DNA of 64,000 nucleotides from Nitrospinota bacterium (GTDB lineage: Bacteria; UBA8248). A program made the translations under genes and the position numbers. Where the stretch lies: contig JAPOYD010000139.1 of NCBI GenBank assembly GCA_026706735.1, positions 16,956 to 80,955 on the forward strand. Direction: 5' to 3'. The notes beneath the pieces are model-generated. The model was not told where the DNA came from. It made no database searches and saw only the letters and a list, made by a program, of their open reading frames with translations. Positions 52,612 through 63,460 of this stretch are shown in pieces (the first letter of the stretch is position 1; each line of letters starts with the position of its first letter).

Positions 52612-53235
52612 ATGGAAGCGGAGGGGAGAATTCAGGAGAGCGCCGACAAGATCGAAATAAAGGACGTGCTCTCCATCGTGAACTACGCACGCGACGCGGG
52701 CCTCTGGGAGGAGTGGCGTGATTGCTATCACCCGGACGCCACGCTCACCACCTCGTGGTTCAGCGGAACGCGGGATGAATTCGTCGAAGCGGCGAAGGAG
52801 ATGAAGATCGCCCGCCACCCCGGCGAGAGCCAGAAGCACACCGTAACGAACCCCTGGGTGCGCCTGCGCGGCGTGCGCGCCGCCGCCGAGCACGACCTGA
52901 TCCTCTACCAGAGAAGAATCATCGACGGCGTGGAGCTTGACTTCACCACCTGGAGCCGCGTACTCGCCCTGCTCGAAAAGCGAGACGGCGCATGGCGCAT
53001 CTGGAAGCGAACCAACATCTACGAAAAAGACAGAATGGACCCATATAAACCGGACGAAGTGCCCCCCTCGTTCTACGCCTCTATCGATCTTTCGGGCTAT
53101 CCCCCGGCTATCCGCTACCATTGCTGGCGAAATGCGAAAATCGGCCATCCGCCCGCTGATAGCATCGTCTTACAGCACAGCGCGGAAGAAGCCGCCGTCC
53201 GCAAGGAGGCGGAGGAGTGGTTGGAGGGAATATGA
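52612..53235 (+). CDS. NTF2-like / SnoaL-like domain protein
   Basis: 207 aa; alpha+beta cone-like pattern. Confidence 0.45.
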   Translation: MEAEGRIQESADKIEIKDVLSIVNYARDAGLWEEWRDCYHPDATLTTSWFSGTRDEFVEAAKEMKIARHPGESQKHTVTNPWVRLRGVRAAAEHDLILYQRRIIDGVELDFTTWSRVLALLEKRDGAWRIWKRTNIYEKDRMDPYKPDEVPPSFYASIDLSGYPPAIRYHCWRNAKIGHPPADSIVLQHSAEEAAVRKEAEEWLEGI

Positions 53236-53352
53236 GCCTGTAGGAACAGGCCCCTGTGCCTGTCCTTAATAGAGGTTTAGCCAATGGGGGACAACCACGC
53301 GGAAGTTGTCCCTGCAACCTAAACCGCAAACCCTTCCTACTCGCTTTGACCC

Positions 53353-53590
53353 TCACGACCTGAGCTTCTCCATCAGCCAGTCCGCGATGCGGGTGACGCC
53401 GAGCGAGAGGTTGTCGCGCTGGCAATTCTGGGGTTCCCCTCCTTGACAGTGAAGATCTTGAGCATCTTGTCCTTAGAACCCAAGGCGTCGAAGAGTTTGC
53501 GCGCGTTGCTCGTGGGCATCTGCCCGTCATCGACCCCGTGGGTGAGCAGGAGCGGACACATCATCTTCTGCACCACGCCTGCGCCCGGGC
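53353..53590 (-). pseudogene. 3'-terminal fragment (about 78 codons) of a paralog of the alpha/beta hydrolase gene at 56463..57638
   Basis: ~85-90% nucleotide identity to 56463-56700, including its own stop. Reading frame broken near 53440; upstream part absent. Confidence 0.7.
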
Positions 53591-53592
53591 AG

Positions 53593-55938
53593 TTACGGGT
53601 CGTCCGGACGGGGCATGCGGTAGCCGACTCGGAACTCGGTCAGGATGTAGGCAGGCCTCTTGGCGTCGTCGCCGAGTTTCCTGCGAAGCCGCTTGACGTA
53701 GGCCCGCACGATCTTCGCATCACTGTTCCGCCCGCTCCAGACCTGTCGCAGCAGGGCCTCGTAAGTCAACACCCGCCCGGCGCGCAGCGAGAGGGTGCGC
53801 AGCAGCTCGTATTCCGTTGCCGTGAGCGCGACCGGACGCTCGCCGATGCATACCCGACGCCGGTCGTAGTCGATGGTGAGGTCGCCAAGCACGAAAGAGT
53901 CGGGTTCGGCCCGGCGGCGAAGCGCCGCCCGGACCCGCGCCACCAGTTCGGTCGGCGAGAAGGGCTTGACAATGTAGTCCTCGGCGCCGGCTTCGAGCGC
54001 CCGCGCGATCGTCTCGTCGCGGCCGTAGCCGGAGATGAAAACCACCGGGACGTCCGATAGCCCGGGAACCTGTTCCATCAGTTCGATGCCGTCGGTCCCC
54101 GGCAGCATCAGGTCGAGCAGGACCAGGGCGGGCTTCTCCTTCTCAAGGACGTGCACGAGATCCTCGTGGTCGCCCGCTACCAGTGGGGCGTAGCCCGCTT
54201 CGCCTAACGCGTCGCGGACAAAGCGCAGCGTCTCCGGATCGTCGTCGACCACGAGGATGCGCGTCCGTTCGCCGTCGTCGCTGTGCGCCGCCGCTCGGCT
54301 TCGCTCGGCGCCGGCAGCGGCCCCACCGGTATCGTCGGCCGCCGGGAGCGTGAAGGTGAAGCGCGCTCCCTGGCCGGGCCCGCCGCTCTCGGCCCGGATG
54401 CGACCGCCATGCGCCTCGACCAGGCCCTTGCAGATAGCGAGGCCGAGCCCGCCATCGGCCGAGCGCTCCCCGTCGCGGGCATATTTGCGGAACAGCTTCG
54501 CCAGCCGCTCCGGTGTAAGGCCGTGACCCTCGTCGGATACCGCTATCGCGACGTGGACGCCCTCGCGGGCCGCCTCGACCCGGATTGGAGAAGACTCAGG
54601 CGAGTACCGGGCGGCGTTGGCGAGCAGGTTGTTCAGCACTTGCACGATGCGCTCCCGGTCGGCCAAAACCTGGGGGAGGTCTGGCGGCAGGTCGATGACC
54701 ACCCGGTGACGGCCGCCGCCGGAAAGAAAAGTGGTTCGCGCCCAGTCGAGCAGGTCCACCACCTCCGAAGGCTCGGGCGCGACCGAGAGCGTGCCCGTCT
54801 CGATGCGCCCGGCATCGAGCAGGTCGCCGATCAGGCTGTCCATGCGGTCGGCCTGCTCCTCGATGATGCGGAAGAACTGTTCGATTTCTGCCGGTGCGAA
54901 GTTCCGCGAGCGGCCGAGCACCGTGGCGGCCGAGCCCTTGATCGAGGCCAGTGGCGCGCGCAATTCGTGGCTAACCATGCCGAGGAACTCCGCCCGCATG
55001 CGTTCCAATTCCTTGAGTTGTGCGAGGTCCTGTACGGTGACCACCACGGAGACGAATGCGTCGTCCCCGTCGCGGATCGGGGTGGCGTTGATCAGCGTGG
55101 TCACGCTGCGACCGTCGGGAACAGAAAGTTCGATTTCCTCGGCGCGCACTGTCTCCGCGTTGCTCAGCAAAGTGGCCAGCGGCAACTCGGCGAGCGCAAC
55201 CTCGCGCCCGTCGGCGAACCTGCAAGTCATGATCTCAAGCAATTGCTCCAGCGGCTTGCCCGGCATGCGCAGGCTCTCAACAATCCGATTCGCCTCGCGG
55301 TTGAACGAAACCAGCCCGCCGGTCGCCGCGTCGAACACGACCACTCCGACCGGCGAGGTCTCGATGAGCGCTTCGAGGTCGGCGCGGGCGCGCCGCTCGT
55401 CGTGGTAGGCGCGGGCATGGGCGATGGCGGCCGCTGCCTGCGCGGCGAACAGCACCAGCACCGCCTCGTCCTCGTCGGTGAACACCCTACCGCCTTCCTT
55501 CCCGGCGAGGTAGAAGCTGCCGACGTGCGCCCCCCGGTGGCGCATCGGCGTTCCCTGGAAAGTCTTCGGCGTCGACGGCAGGAAGTCTGCCGAAAAACCG
55601 AGCGAGCGGATATAGGCCGGAAAGTCGGCGATGCGCAGCGGCCCCGGCACGTCGCGGAAGAACGCGAAGAGCTTCGGGCCGTCGGGCCATTCGACCATGT
55701 TACGATGCTCCTCTTCGGTGAAGCCTGAGGAGACGAAATCTTGGGGCGCGCCTGTTTCGTCGATGGTGGAGATGACGCTGTAACGCGCGCCGGTCAGCGC
55801 GCGCGCGCTTTCCACCACCTCGTTGAGGACGGTCTCCAGATCGAGGCTCGCACCGATGCGCAGCATCGCCGCGGCCAAACCGGAACGGCGCGCCTCATGT
55901 TCCTGCTCGGCGACTTCTCGGTCGTTAGGATTACTCAT
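53593..55938 (-). CDS. hybrid sensor histidine kinase / response regulator with OmpR-type winged-helix output (GAF-PAS-HisKA-HATPase-REC-trans_reg_C)
   Basis: H-box MVSHELRAPL. N/G boxes. REC domain with DDD..K residues. C-terminal LTATEYELLRTL...GYR winged helix. Confidence 0.85.
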   Translation of the reverse strand: MSNPNDREVAEQEHEARRSGLAAAMLRIGASLDLETVLNEVVESARALTGARYSVISTIDETGAPQDFVSSGFTEEEHRNMVEWPDGPKLFAFFRDVPGPLRIADFPAYIRSLGFSADFLPSTPKTFQGTPMRHRGAHVGSFYLAGKEGGRVFTDEDEAVLVLFAAQAAAAIAHARAYHDERRARADLEALIETSPVGVVVFDAATGGLVSFNREANRIVESLRMPGKPLEQLLEIMTCRFADGREVALAELPLATLLSNAETVRAEEIELSVPDGRSVTTLINATPIRDGDDAFVSVVVTVQDLAQLKELERMRAEFLGMVSHELRAPLASIKGSAATVLGRSRNFAPAEIEQFFRIIEEQADRMDSLIGDLLDAGRIETGTLSVAPEPSEVVDLLDWARTTFLSGGGRHRVVIDLPPDLPQVLADRERIVQVLNNLLANAARYSPESSPIRVEAAREGVHVAIAVSDEGHGLTPERLAKLFRKYARDGERSADGGLGLAICKGLVEAHGGRIRAESGGPGQGARFTFTLPAADDTGGAAAGAERSRAAAHSDDGERTRILVVDDDPETLRFVRDALGEAGYAPLVAGDHEDLVHVLEKEKPALVLLDLMLPGTDGIELMEQVPGLSDVPVVFISGYGRDETIARALEAGAEDYIVKPFSPTELVARVRAALRRRAEPDSFVLGDLTIDYDRRRVCIGERPVALTATEYELLRTLSLRAGRVLTYEALLRQVWSGRNSDAKIVRAYVKRLRRKLGDDAKRPAYILTEFRVGYRMPRPDDP

Positions 55939-56462
55939 GGCATCTGCCCCCTTCCGGCGGGGGGTTGGCCGGATCGGTTACCGGAAGATGCAGAATTCGT
56001 GCTGAAGTCATGTGAATACTGAATTATTCACACCTAATTCATATCATTACTCGTATAATCCATACAATAGCAAAGGGCAAGTTCAAAGACCTCGACAGTC
56101 GGCGCATGGGCGACTTGGAGAGCTCCGAGGCCTCCATGAGAAGGAACATATTCGCTGGACGTCATCAAGCCGCTCGTAATTTTTTTGGCAGGCCGAAAGC
56201 AGTATGGTCGATTCGTGGTCCAAGCTGGTTGCGACACAATCCATGAGGTATAAGTTCCTGAAGCGGGTTCCCGCCTGTCGGCCTTCCGGGGAAGGCCGGC
56301 AGGTATTCAATTGCCAGGCAGGGGTCGGTGGTGGTTCCGTCATCCCTTGCAGTTTAAGGAGGTAGTAGTGCGTCCTCTCGGGGCGAATACCACCTTCTGC
56401 GAAAGCCGCAAACCCTTAATCTGCGGACGGTCCATTCCTCCCGCATCGCTCGGAATTGATCC

Positions 56463-57638
56463 CTAGGGCCTAAGCTTTTCCATCAGCCAATCCGCAATAT
56501 AGGTGACACCGAGCGAGAGGTTGTCGCGCTGGCAGTGCTGGGAGCCCCCCTCCTTGACGGTGAATATCTTGAGCGTCTTGTCCTTAGAGCCCACGGCGTT
56601 GAAGAGTTTGCGCGCGTCGCTTGTGGGCACCTGCTTGTCGTCGACCCCATGGGTGAGCAGGAACGGACACCGCATCTTCTGGACCACGCCGTCGAGCCGG
56701 AAGGCTTCGAGCTTCTTGAAGGTGTCCTCGAAATTCGTCGTGTTGAAAATCCACAAGATGTGGTGGCCGGGCACGGAGAGTTCCGTCTGCATTGAGGCGG
56801 CGACGCGCTTTTTCCACGTTGCGTGATAATCCCAGCACGCCCCCCAAGCGACGCACGCCTTGTAGCGTCTCTCCATGCTGGCGATGCGTGGCGCGTAATA
56901 ACCGCCCAAGCTGATGCCGATTACGGCGGCTTTTTTTGCGTTCACGTCGCCACGCGTTTCGAGATAATCGAGTGCGGCGCTTCCCGCGGCTTCGTAGTCG
57001 GGACGAAGATATTGTTCCCTGAAGCGGATGGCCTCCCCGGTTCCCGGCCCGTCCATGACGAGACAGCTCATCCCGCGCCGCACGAATTCCTCAACGCCGC
57101 GCAGGTATTGAATCTCCTTCGTGATGTCGAGACCATCGAAATAGACAATAACGGGCGGCCTGATCTTTTTCGTGTTCTGCGCGTGGACGAAATACCCCGG
57201 CAGGTTCACGCCGTTCTCATACGGCACCTCCACGCGCTCGATCCTGGGCGCGTCGGTCAGCTTCGTGAAGCGCAGGAAGCTGTCCAGCGCGAGCCGGTAG
57301 GCGTCTTTCGCCCGCTTGTCCTTGGGCGTGCGGAAGCGCTCCCCAATTTGAAAGTACATCGCGGCGCGCTTGTGGTGGTAAGCGGCGCTAAGTCGGTGGT
57401 TGTTCTCTTCTGCCGCTAATCCCAAATCGCGCACTTTGTTCGCCATGCGCACCCACTCGCGGAACCAGAGCGCGTCGTTGCCGACGTCTTTCCTGAGCCG
57501 TCTGCCCACCTGGTCCACCTCGCCGATATCGGCCCCGCCCCAGGGGGCCACGGAGAGGCAGTTCACGACGCCCGAGGACCAGCGGTAGTCCTCGGGGAAA
57601 TAGGTGAACCATCGGGTGTTGGCGGGTGCTTCCGGCAT
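56463..57638 (-). CDS. alpha/beta hydrolase (dienelactone-hydrolase / YcjY-like)
   Basis: AAGGAG RBS 7 nt before ATG 57638. Nucleophile elbow GISLGG, catalytic Asp/His region THGVDD. Confidence 0.8.
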   Translation of the reverse strand: MPEAPANTRWFTYFPEDYRWSSGVVNCLSVAPWGGADIGEVDQVGRRLRKDVGNDALWFREWVRMANKVRDLGLAAEENNHRLSAAYHHKRAAMYFQIGERFRTPKDKRAKDAYRLALDSFLRFTKLTDAPRIERVEVPYENGVNLPGYFVHAQNTKKIRPPVIVYFDGLDITKEIQYLRGVEEFVRRGMSCLVMDGPGTGEAIRFREQYLRPDYEAAGSAALDYLETRGDVNAKKAAVIGISLGGYYAPRIASMERRYKACVAWGACWDYHATWKKRVAASMQTELSVPGHHILWIFNTTNFEDTFKKLEAFRLDGVVQKMRCPFLLTHGVDDKQVPTSDARKLFNAVGSKDKTLKIFTVKEGGSQHCQRDNLSLGVTYIADWLMEKLRP

Positions 57639-57924
57639 GACGCGCTCCTTTGCTGGGTGATGAGGCCGCCCGGTTTTCGCCGTGGCGACTCTGAACAAGT
57701 TTTATGGAAACGGGAGTTCATCCTAGCACTTTCGGCCTGCGCGCCGAACCGCCGGAGGTCTTTTCTAGCTCAGGATAGGTTCGGCAATGGAGGCGGCAAG
57801 ATTCTCCACATCCCTTCGTCCCGCCCCCGAAACCTGTTAAGATGCCTGGGCCAAGTAATGGCGCATGGATTCGCCGAAAGCCCGGTTTTTCCTCTCAACA
57901 AGTCATCTATACGTAGTCGAGGAT

Positions 57925-59349
57925 ATGAGAATGACCACAACCGAAATCTGCGATCTTACGATTGATGAGCTCTCGAAAAATATCGCTGCGGGGGAGGTGT
58001 CCCCTGTAGAGGTGACAGAAGCGCATCTCGCGCGCATCGATGCCTTAAACCCGGTCCTCAACGCGTTCACGACCGTGGCGCATGAGCGGGCGCGCGCCGA
58101 AGCGAAGGCGGCCGAAGAGGAAATCGCGGCAGGCAGGATTCGTGGGCCACTGCACGGCGTGCCTATCGGCGTCAAGGACATCATCGACACGGCGGGCGTG
58201 CGCACCACGCAGGGGTCGAGCTTTTTCCGCGACAACGTGCCGGCGCAGGACGCCGAATGCGTCCGGCGGCTCCGCGAGGCGGGCGCGGTGATGATCGGCA
58301 AGTGCAACACGGCGGAGTTCGCCGCCGAATCGGCGACCAAAAATCCCCACCACGGCGCCTGCCGCAACCCCTGGGACGTCACCCGCGTGCCCGCGGGTTC
58401 GAGCGGCGGCTCAGGCGCCGCGGTCGCAGCAAGAATGGCGCCCGGCGCGCTCGGAACCGACACCGGGGGCTCCGTGCGCGGCCCTGCTGCGATCTGCGGC
58501 GTTGTGGGTCTCAAGCCCACCTACGGGCGAATCAGCCTGCGCGGCGTCTATCCGAACGCGACGAGTCTCGACCACGTGGGACCCCTGACGCGCACGGTGC
58601 GCGACTGCGCAATGCTGCTTCAGGTGCTCGCGGGCTACGACCCGGCCGACCCGTTCTCCGCCGGGATGGAAACACCCGACTTTTCCGCCGATCTGGAGAA
58701 GGGCGTCGGTGGCATGCGCTTCATGATTTCGCCTGATCTGATCGACGTCGAGATCGATGCGCCCATCACAGACGCCTTCGAGGCGGCGCTTGAGGTGCTA
58801 CGCGGACTGGGCGCGGAAATCCAGGAAGTGCGCTGCCCCTTCGCGGGGGAGATCAACCCCCACCGCCGGGCCATCGCGGACGCGGAGTTCTACCGCGTGC
58901 ATGGCGAGCGCTACCGCGAAAATCCCGAGGGCTACGGGGTGCGCCTGCAGGAGCGCATCGCGAATGCTGAGAAAACCACGCTGGCGACCTATATCGACGC
59001 CATCAACCACCGCAAGGTGATTACCCGCAGGATGCTCGACTTGATGTCGCCTTACGACTCCATGCTCTCGCCGGGCTACCCCTGCCTCGCAGCCCCCGTC
59101 GAAACGACCACGGCACTCGTGAACGGAAAAGAGATGGATTTCATCGGCCTGGGGCGAAACCTCACGGGCGTGCAGAATTTCCTGGGCCTCCCCGGCCTCA
59201 TGGTGCCCACCGGCTTCGATTCGGCCCACGGACTCCCGATGGCGATGCAGATCACGACCCACCCCGGCGATGAGGCGCGCGGGTTCCGGACCGGCCACGC
59301 TTACGAGGAGGCGACCCCCGAATGGCGGGAGAGAAAACCCGAATTGTAG
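57925..59349 (+). CDS. amidase (amidase-signature family, GatA-like); ORF open from 57865
   Basis: AS-family blocks GPLHGVPIGVKD and GGSSGGSGAAVA. Ser-cisSer-Lys triad context. Confidence 0.85.
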   Translation: MRMTTTEICDLTIDELSKNIAAGEVSPVEVTEAHLARIDALNPVLNAFTTVAHERARAEAKAAEEEIAAGRIRGPLHGVPIGVKDIIDTAGVRTTQGSSFFRDNVPAQDAECVRRLREAGAVMIGKCNTAEFAAESATKNPHHGACRNPWDVTRVPAGSSGGSGAAVAARMAPGALGTDTGGSVRGPAAICGVVGLKPTYGRISLRGVYPNATSLDHVGPLTRTVRDCAMLLQVLAGYDPADPFSAGMETPDFSADLEKGVGGMRFMISPDLIDVEIDAPITDAFEAALEVLRGLGAEIQEVRCPFAGEINPHRRAIADAEFYRVHGERYRENPEGYGVRLQERIANAEKTTLATYIDAINHRKVITRRMLDLMSPYDSMLSPGYPCLAAPVETTTALVNGKEMDFIGLGRNLTGVQNFLGLPGLMVPTGFDSAHGLPMAMQITTHPGDEARGFRTGHAYEEATPEWRERKPEL

Positions 59350-59535
59350 GGCAGCACGGCCCCGTTCCTCCCCTTGGATTGGGTTTGACCCGACCCCCCG
59401 AAACTGCTCTAATGCACTCATACGTAAAATTTGGGGGAGCAGTAGCGCAACCGCACCGGAAAGGCTCGCAGCGAACGAGTTCTTGCCAGACTTGTTCTTT
59501 TGGAAATCCGTTTCACCGTAAAAGGAGAGGCAAAC

Positions 59536-60546
59536 ATGAAACGATCCATCAAGTCGATTCTCGTGATTTCGCTCATCGCCGGGTTCGTGGCGTTCACGTC
59601 CCACGCGGCCGTGGCGGCAAAAGCCAACCTCATCTTCTACTCCTCCCTCACCACCGCCGCACAGGCAACGCTGGTGAAGGGCATCGAGAAGAAATTCCCG
59701 GACATCAAGGTGCAGTCCATCACCGCGGGCGGCGTGAGCCTCTACCAGCGCTTCGTGGCCGAGCGCAGCGTGGGCAAGGGCAAGATCGACCTGCTGCACT
59801 TCAGCTACACGCCGGGCTGGTACGACCTCGCCAAAAGAGGCTACGTGAAGAACGTCACCCAATTCCCCGAAGCCAAGAATTTCCCGGCCTGGGGCAAGGA
59901 CGAAAAGGCCCAGTGGGTCGGCCTGCGCGCGCCGACGCTGCAGGTCATCTACAACACCGACAACGTGAAGCCCGGCGAGGCGCCGAAGAGCTTCGCGGAA
60001 CTGACGCAGCCCAAATGGAAGAACCGCCTCGTGCTCGTCGACCCGTTCCAGTCCGCCGGCCTGTGGGATTTCTTCTACGGCGCGGATGGTTTCGGGGAGA
60101 AATACATCAAGGGTCTGCTCTATAACGGCGCGCTGGTGCAATCGCGCATGGGCGCCTCCACCGAGCGCGTCGCCACGGGTGAGCGCGACGTGACGATGGT
60201 GTTCGAATACATCGCAATCCGCCGCATCAACAAGGGCGCGAAGATCAAGATCGCCAAGATGGCCGAGGGTACGCCCGTCATCCCCGCTTCGTTCGGGATG
60301 ATCAAGGACGGCCCGAACCCCAAGAACGCGGAGCGTGTGTACCGATGGATCCTCTCCAAGGAAGGCCAGACGGTCATCACCCAGGACGTGAAGATCAACT
60401 CCGCGCGTTCGGACGTGCCGCACGTGAAGGGCATTCCCTATCCCTTCAAGCCGCTGTATGCGAGTTGGGAGAAGGTGTTCAAGGAACAGAAGAAATACCG
60501 CGCCTTCATGACCAAGCATATTCGTGAAGCGAAAAGAAAGAAATAA
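59536..60546 (+). CDS. ABC transporter substrate-binding protein (Fe3+/polyamine-type SBP family 1)
   Basis: RBS aaaggagagg then ATG; signal peptide; 336 aa. Confidence 0.8.
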   Translation: MKRSIKSILVISLIAGFVAFTSHAAVAAKANLIFYSSLTTAAQATLVKGIEKKFPDIKVQSITAGGVSLYQRFVAERSVGKGKIDLLHFSYTPGWYDLAKRGYVKNVTQFPEAKNFPAWGKDEKAQWVGLRAPTLQVIYNTDNVKPGEAPKSFAELTQPKWKNRLVLVDPFQSAGLWDFFYGADGFGEKYIKGLLYNGALVQSRMGASTERVATGERDVTMVFEYIAIRRINKGAKIKIAKMAEGTPVIPASFGMIKDGPNPKNAERVYRWILSKEGQTVITQDVKINSARSDVPHVKGIPYPFKPLYASWEKVFKEQKKYRAFMTKHIREAKRKK

Positions 60547-60564
60547 CCGGCTTGCGCCCGGTCG

Positions 60565-62289
60565 ATGACTGAGATGCGTCCCCGTTCGTTTGCCATGTTC
60601 AGGCTGCCGAGCACCGTTCGGGTACTCGAATGGGGATGTCTTCTCGTCATCGGCTTCATTGTGCTCTACCCGCTGTTCTGGCTGGTGCTGGGCAGCTTCC
60701 GGCCCGACCCGATAAGTACGGACTTCAGCCTCGACGCCTACTTCGCCATCTTCGAAGAAGAGTACATGGGCGAGGTGTTGTGGAACACTGCCGTCATGTC
60801 GGTCGGGGTCACGAGCCTGTCCGTCCTCATCGGCGTTCCGCTCGCCTGGATCGTCGGGCGCACCGACACGCCGCTCAAGAACTACATCAACATGATCGCG
60901 ATTCTGCCCTTCATCATGCCGCCCGTGGTGGTGGCGGTGGCCTGGGCCTATCTCGGCACCCCGCGCGTGGGTTTCGTGAACCTGTTCTGGAAGTGGCTAG
61001 TCGGCACCAGAGAGCCGCTGTTCGACATATTCACCATGGGCGGGCTCATCTTCGTGATGGCGCTCTCACTTGCGCCCTACGTGTTCATCTTCACGGTCAC
61101 GGCGTTTAAGAACATGGACCCGACGCTGGAGTACGCCGCCCACGTGAGCGGCGCGAGCCAGTGGAAAACGACGCTCTGGATCACGTTGCCCATGGCGGCG
61201 CCGGCCATCCTGTCGGGCGCGCTGCTCACGTTCATCCAGTCGATCGAGGTTTTCGCCATACCGGCGACCATCGGCGTCTCGGGCGGCATATACGTGTTCT
61301 CGACGCAGCTCTGGCGCATGATGATCGGCATCCCGCCGAACTTCTCGCACGCCGCCGCCCTGTCAATCCCCATCCTGCTGGTCTGCGGGCTGGCGCTGTG
61401 GGGGCAGACCAGGGCGTTGGGGCGAAGCGCCCGGTATACCACGGTCGCGGGCAAGAGCTTCCGGCCGAGACTCGTGGAACTGGGCCCGTGGAAATACGTC
61501 TCGCTCAGTTTCGCCGCCTTCTACCTTCTGGTGTCGGCGATCCTGCCGGTGCTCACGCTGATCTACGGCACGTTCATCTCCAACCGAGGACGCCCGCCGA
61601 CCTTTGAATATCTCACGCTGGGTCATCTGGTCGAGATCATCACCGGAGACGGAGGCGCGGTCATCCTCCGCTCCATCCAGAACAGTCTCTTCCTGAGTTT
61701 CATGGGCGCGACCATCGGCATCGCGCTCTCCGCCGTGGTCGCCTATTTCGTGGTGCGCAGCACCTGGAAGGGGCGGGGAACGCTCGATTTCCTCGCGCTC
61801 ATCCCGGTGGCCATCCCGGGTGCGGTCATCGCCATCGCCATGCTGTGGGCCTACATCCGCGAACCGTTCAACCTGTATCACACGCTGTGGATCATCCTGA
61901 TCGCCTACATCACGCGCTTCCTGCCCTTCGGCGTGCGGGCGGTCTCGAACTCCATCACGCAAATCCACGAGGAACTCGAGCGCGCAGCCGCCGTGAGCGG
62001 CGCGAACTGGGGGGTCGTCTTCTGGAAGATCCTCGTGCCCCTGGCCATGCCGGGCATCGTGGCAGGCTGGATCATTCTCTTCGTATCGATGATGCGCGAA
62101 CTCTCCGCCTCGATCATGCTGTTCAGCTCCAACAAGGAGGTGATCAGCACCATCCTCATCCAGCTCTACGACGAGGGGCTCTTCTCGCACGTGTGCATTC
62201 TTTCGCTCATCATTGTTATCCTGTCGCTGGCTTCGGTGGCGCTGGTGCGCTGGCTCACGAAACAAACAGACGTGGAGGGACTCACCTGA
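60565..62289 (+). CDS. ABC transporter permease with duplicated membrane domains (FbpB/AfuB-like)
   Basis: 574 aa, two 6-TM repeats each with an EAA loop. Confidence 0.85.
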   Translation: MTEMRPRSFAMFRLPSTVRVLEWGCLLVIGFIVLYPLFWLVLGSFRPDPISTDFSLDAYFAIFEEEYMGEVLWNTAVMSVGVTSLSVLIGVPLAWIVGRTDTPLKNYINMIAILPFIMPPVVVAVAWAYLGTPRVGFVNLFWKWLVGTREPLFDIFTMGGLIFVMALSLAPYVFIFTVTAFKNMDPTLEYAAHVSGASQWKTTLWITLPMAAPAILSGALLTFIQSIEVFAIPATIGVSGGIYVFSTQLWRMMIGIPPNFSHAAALSIPILLVCGLALWGQTRALGRSARYTTVAGKSFRPRLVELGPWKYVSLSFAAFYLLVSAILPVLTLIYGTFISNRGRPPTFEYLTLGHLVEIITGDGGAVILRSIQNSLFLSFMGATIGIALSAVVAYFVVRSTWKGRGTLDFLALIPVAIPGAVIAIAMLWAYIREPFNLYHTLWIILIAYITRFLPFGVRAVSNSITQIHEELERAAAVSGANWGVVFWKILVPLAMPGIVAGWIILFVSMMRELSASIMLFSSNKEVISTILIQLYDEGLFSHVCILSLIIVILSLASVALVRWLTKQTDVEGLT

Positions 62290-63383
62290 TGCAGAACGTA
62301 CGGGTGGAGAAACTGGTCAAGAGATTCGGCGAGGTAGTCGCCGTCGCCGGGATTTCCTTCGAAGTACCCAAGGGCAAGCTGCTCACCCTGCTGGGGCCCA
62401 GCGGTTGCGGCAAGACCACCACCCTGAACATCATCGCCGGTTTCGAGACCCCGGACGACGGCGACGTGCACGTCGGCGAGAGGCTCATTTCGAGCGCTTC
62501 TGAAAACGTGCTGGTGCCGGCGCACAAGCGAAACCTCGGCATGGTGTTTCAGTCCTACGGCCTGTGGCCGCACTTGCGGGTGCGCGACAACGTCGCCTTC
62601 GGCCTGCAGATGCGCAAGACGCCGAGAAACGAAATCGCGGGCGCCGTGGAGCGCGCCCTGGGGCTCGTGCGGCTCGACGGCCTGGGGGAACGCTACCCAT
62701 CGCAGCTATCGGGCGGCCAGCAGCAGCGCGTCGCCTTTGCCCGCGCGCTGGTGTATGAGCCCGACGTGCTGCTCCTCGACGAACCGCTCTCGAACCTCGA
62801 TGCGGCGCTGCGCGAGGAGATGCGCCTGGAACTCAAGGACCTCCAGACCCAATCGGGCATCACCACCATATTCGTCACCCACGATCAGGTCGAAGCCATG
62901 GTGATGAGCGACATCATCGTGGTGATGAACGAGGGGCGCATCGAACAGATGGGCTCCCCGAGTGACGTTTATCAACATCCCGCCAACGAGTTCGTCGCCG
63001 GTTTCGTCGGCATCTCGAATTTCCTGGAAGGCGAGGTCGTCGCCGCAGGTTCGGGCGGTGCGGAGACGGCGGTGAAGGTCGGCGAGATGATACTGATGTG
63101 CAAGACCGCCGCTGTCTCGGAAGGTTCGAAGGTGTTGCTCTCGATCCGGCCCGAGGATTGCGTCGCAAGCACCGAGGCGCCTCCTGAGGGGACCACGAAC
63201 GTCATCAAATGCAGCGTCGACAAGGCGGTGTACATGGGCGGCGTTCTGGAACTCTGGCTGAGCGCCGGGGGCCGGCAAATCCGCGTGCACGGACACCGCC
63301 TGCCGATACTGGAATCCGGCGCGAGCGTGCACGTTTCCATCGATCCCGCCTCGATCAGCGCGATCAAAGGCGGGCCTTCGTGA
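62289..63383 (+). CDS. ABC transporter ATP-binding protein (PotA/FbpC-like with TOBE domain)
   Basis: ATG overlaps the permease stop (ATGA). Walker A GPSGCGKTT, LSGGQQQR, LLDEPLSNLD. Confidence 0.9.
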   Translation: MQNVRVEKLVKRFGEVVAVAGISFEVPKGKLLTLLGPSGCGKTTTLNIIAGFETPDDGDVHVGERLISSASENVLVPAHKRNLGMVFQSYGLWPHLRVRDNVAFGLQMRKTPRNEIAGAVERALGLVRLDGLGERYPSQLSGGQQQRVAFARALVYEPDVLLLDEPLSNLDAALREEMRLELKDLQTQSGITTIFVTHDQVEAMVMSDIIVVMNEGRIEQMGSPSDVYQHPANEFVAGFVGISNFLEGEVVAAGSGGAETAVKVGEMILMCKTAAVSEGSKVLLSIRPEDCVASTEAPPEGTTNVIKCSVDKAVYMGGVLELWLSAGGRQIRVHGHRLPILESGASVHVSIDPASISAIKGGPS

Positions 63384-63460
63384 TGAGGACGCGAACCATC
63401 GCGGCGGGATAGATTCTTGAAAGTCGAGCCGGACCGGGCTTTTTGATCAGGAGGCGCAGG

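Noticed and set aside
59350-59535. Riboswitch (TPP) upstream of the Fe3+/thiamine-type ABC transporter
   Set aside because: No ctgaga or other TPP core motifs, and no convincing conserved structure is visible.
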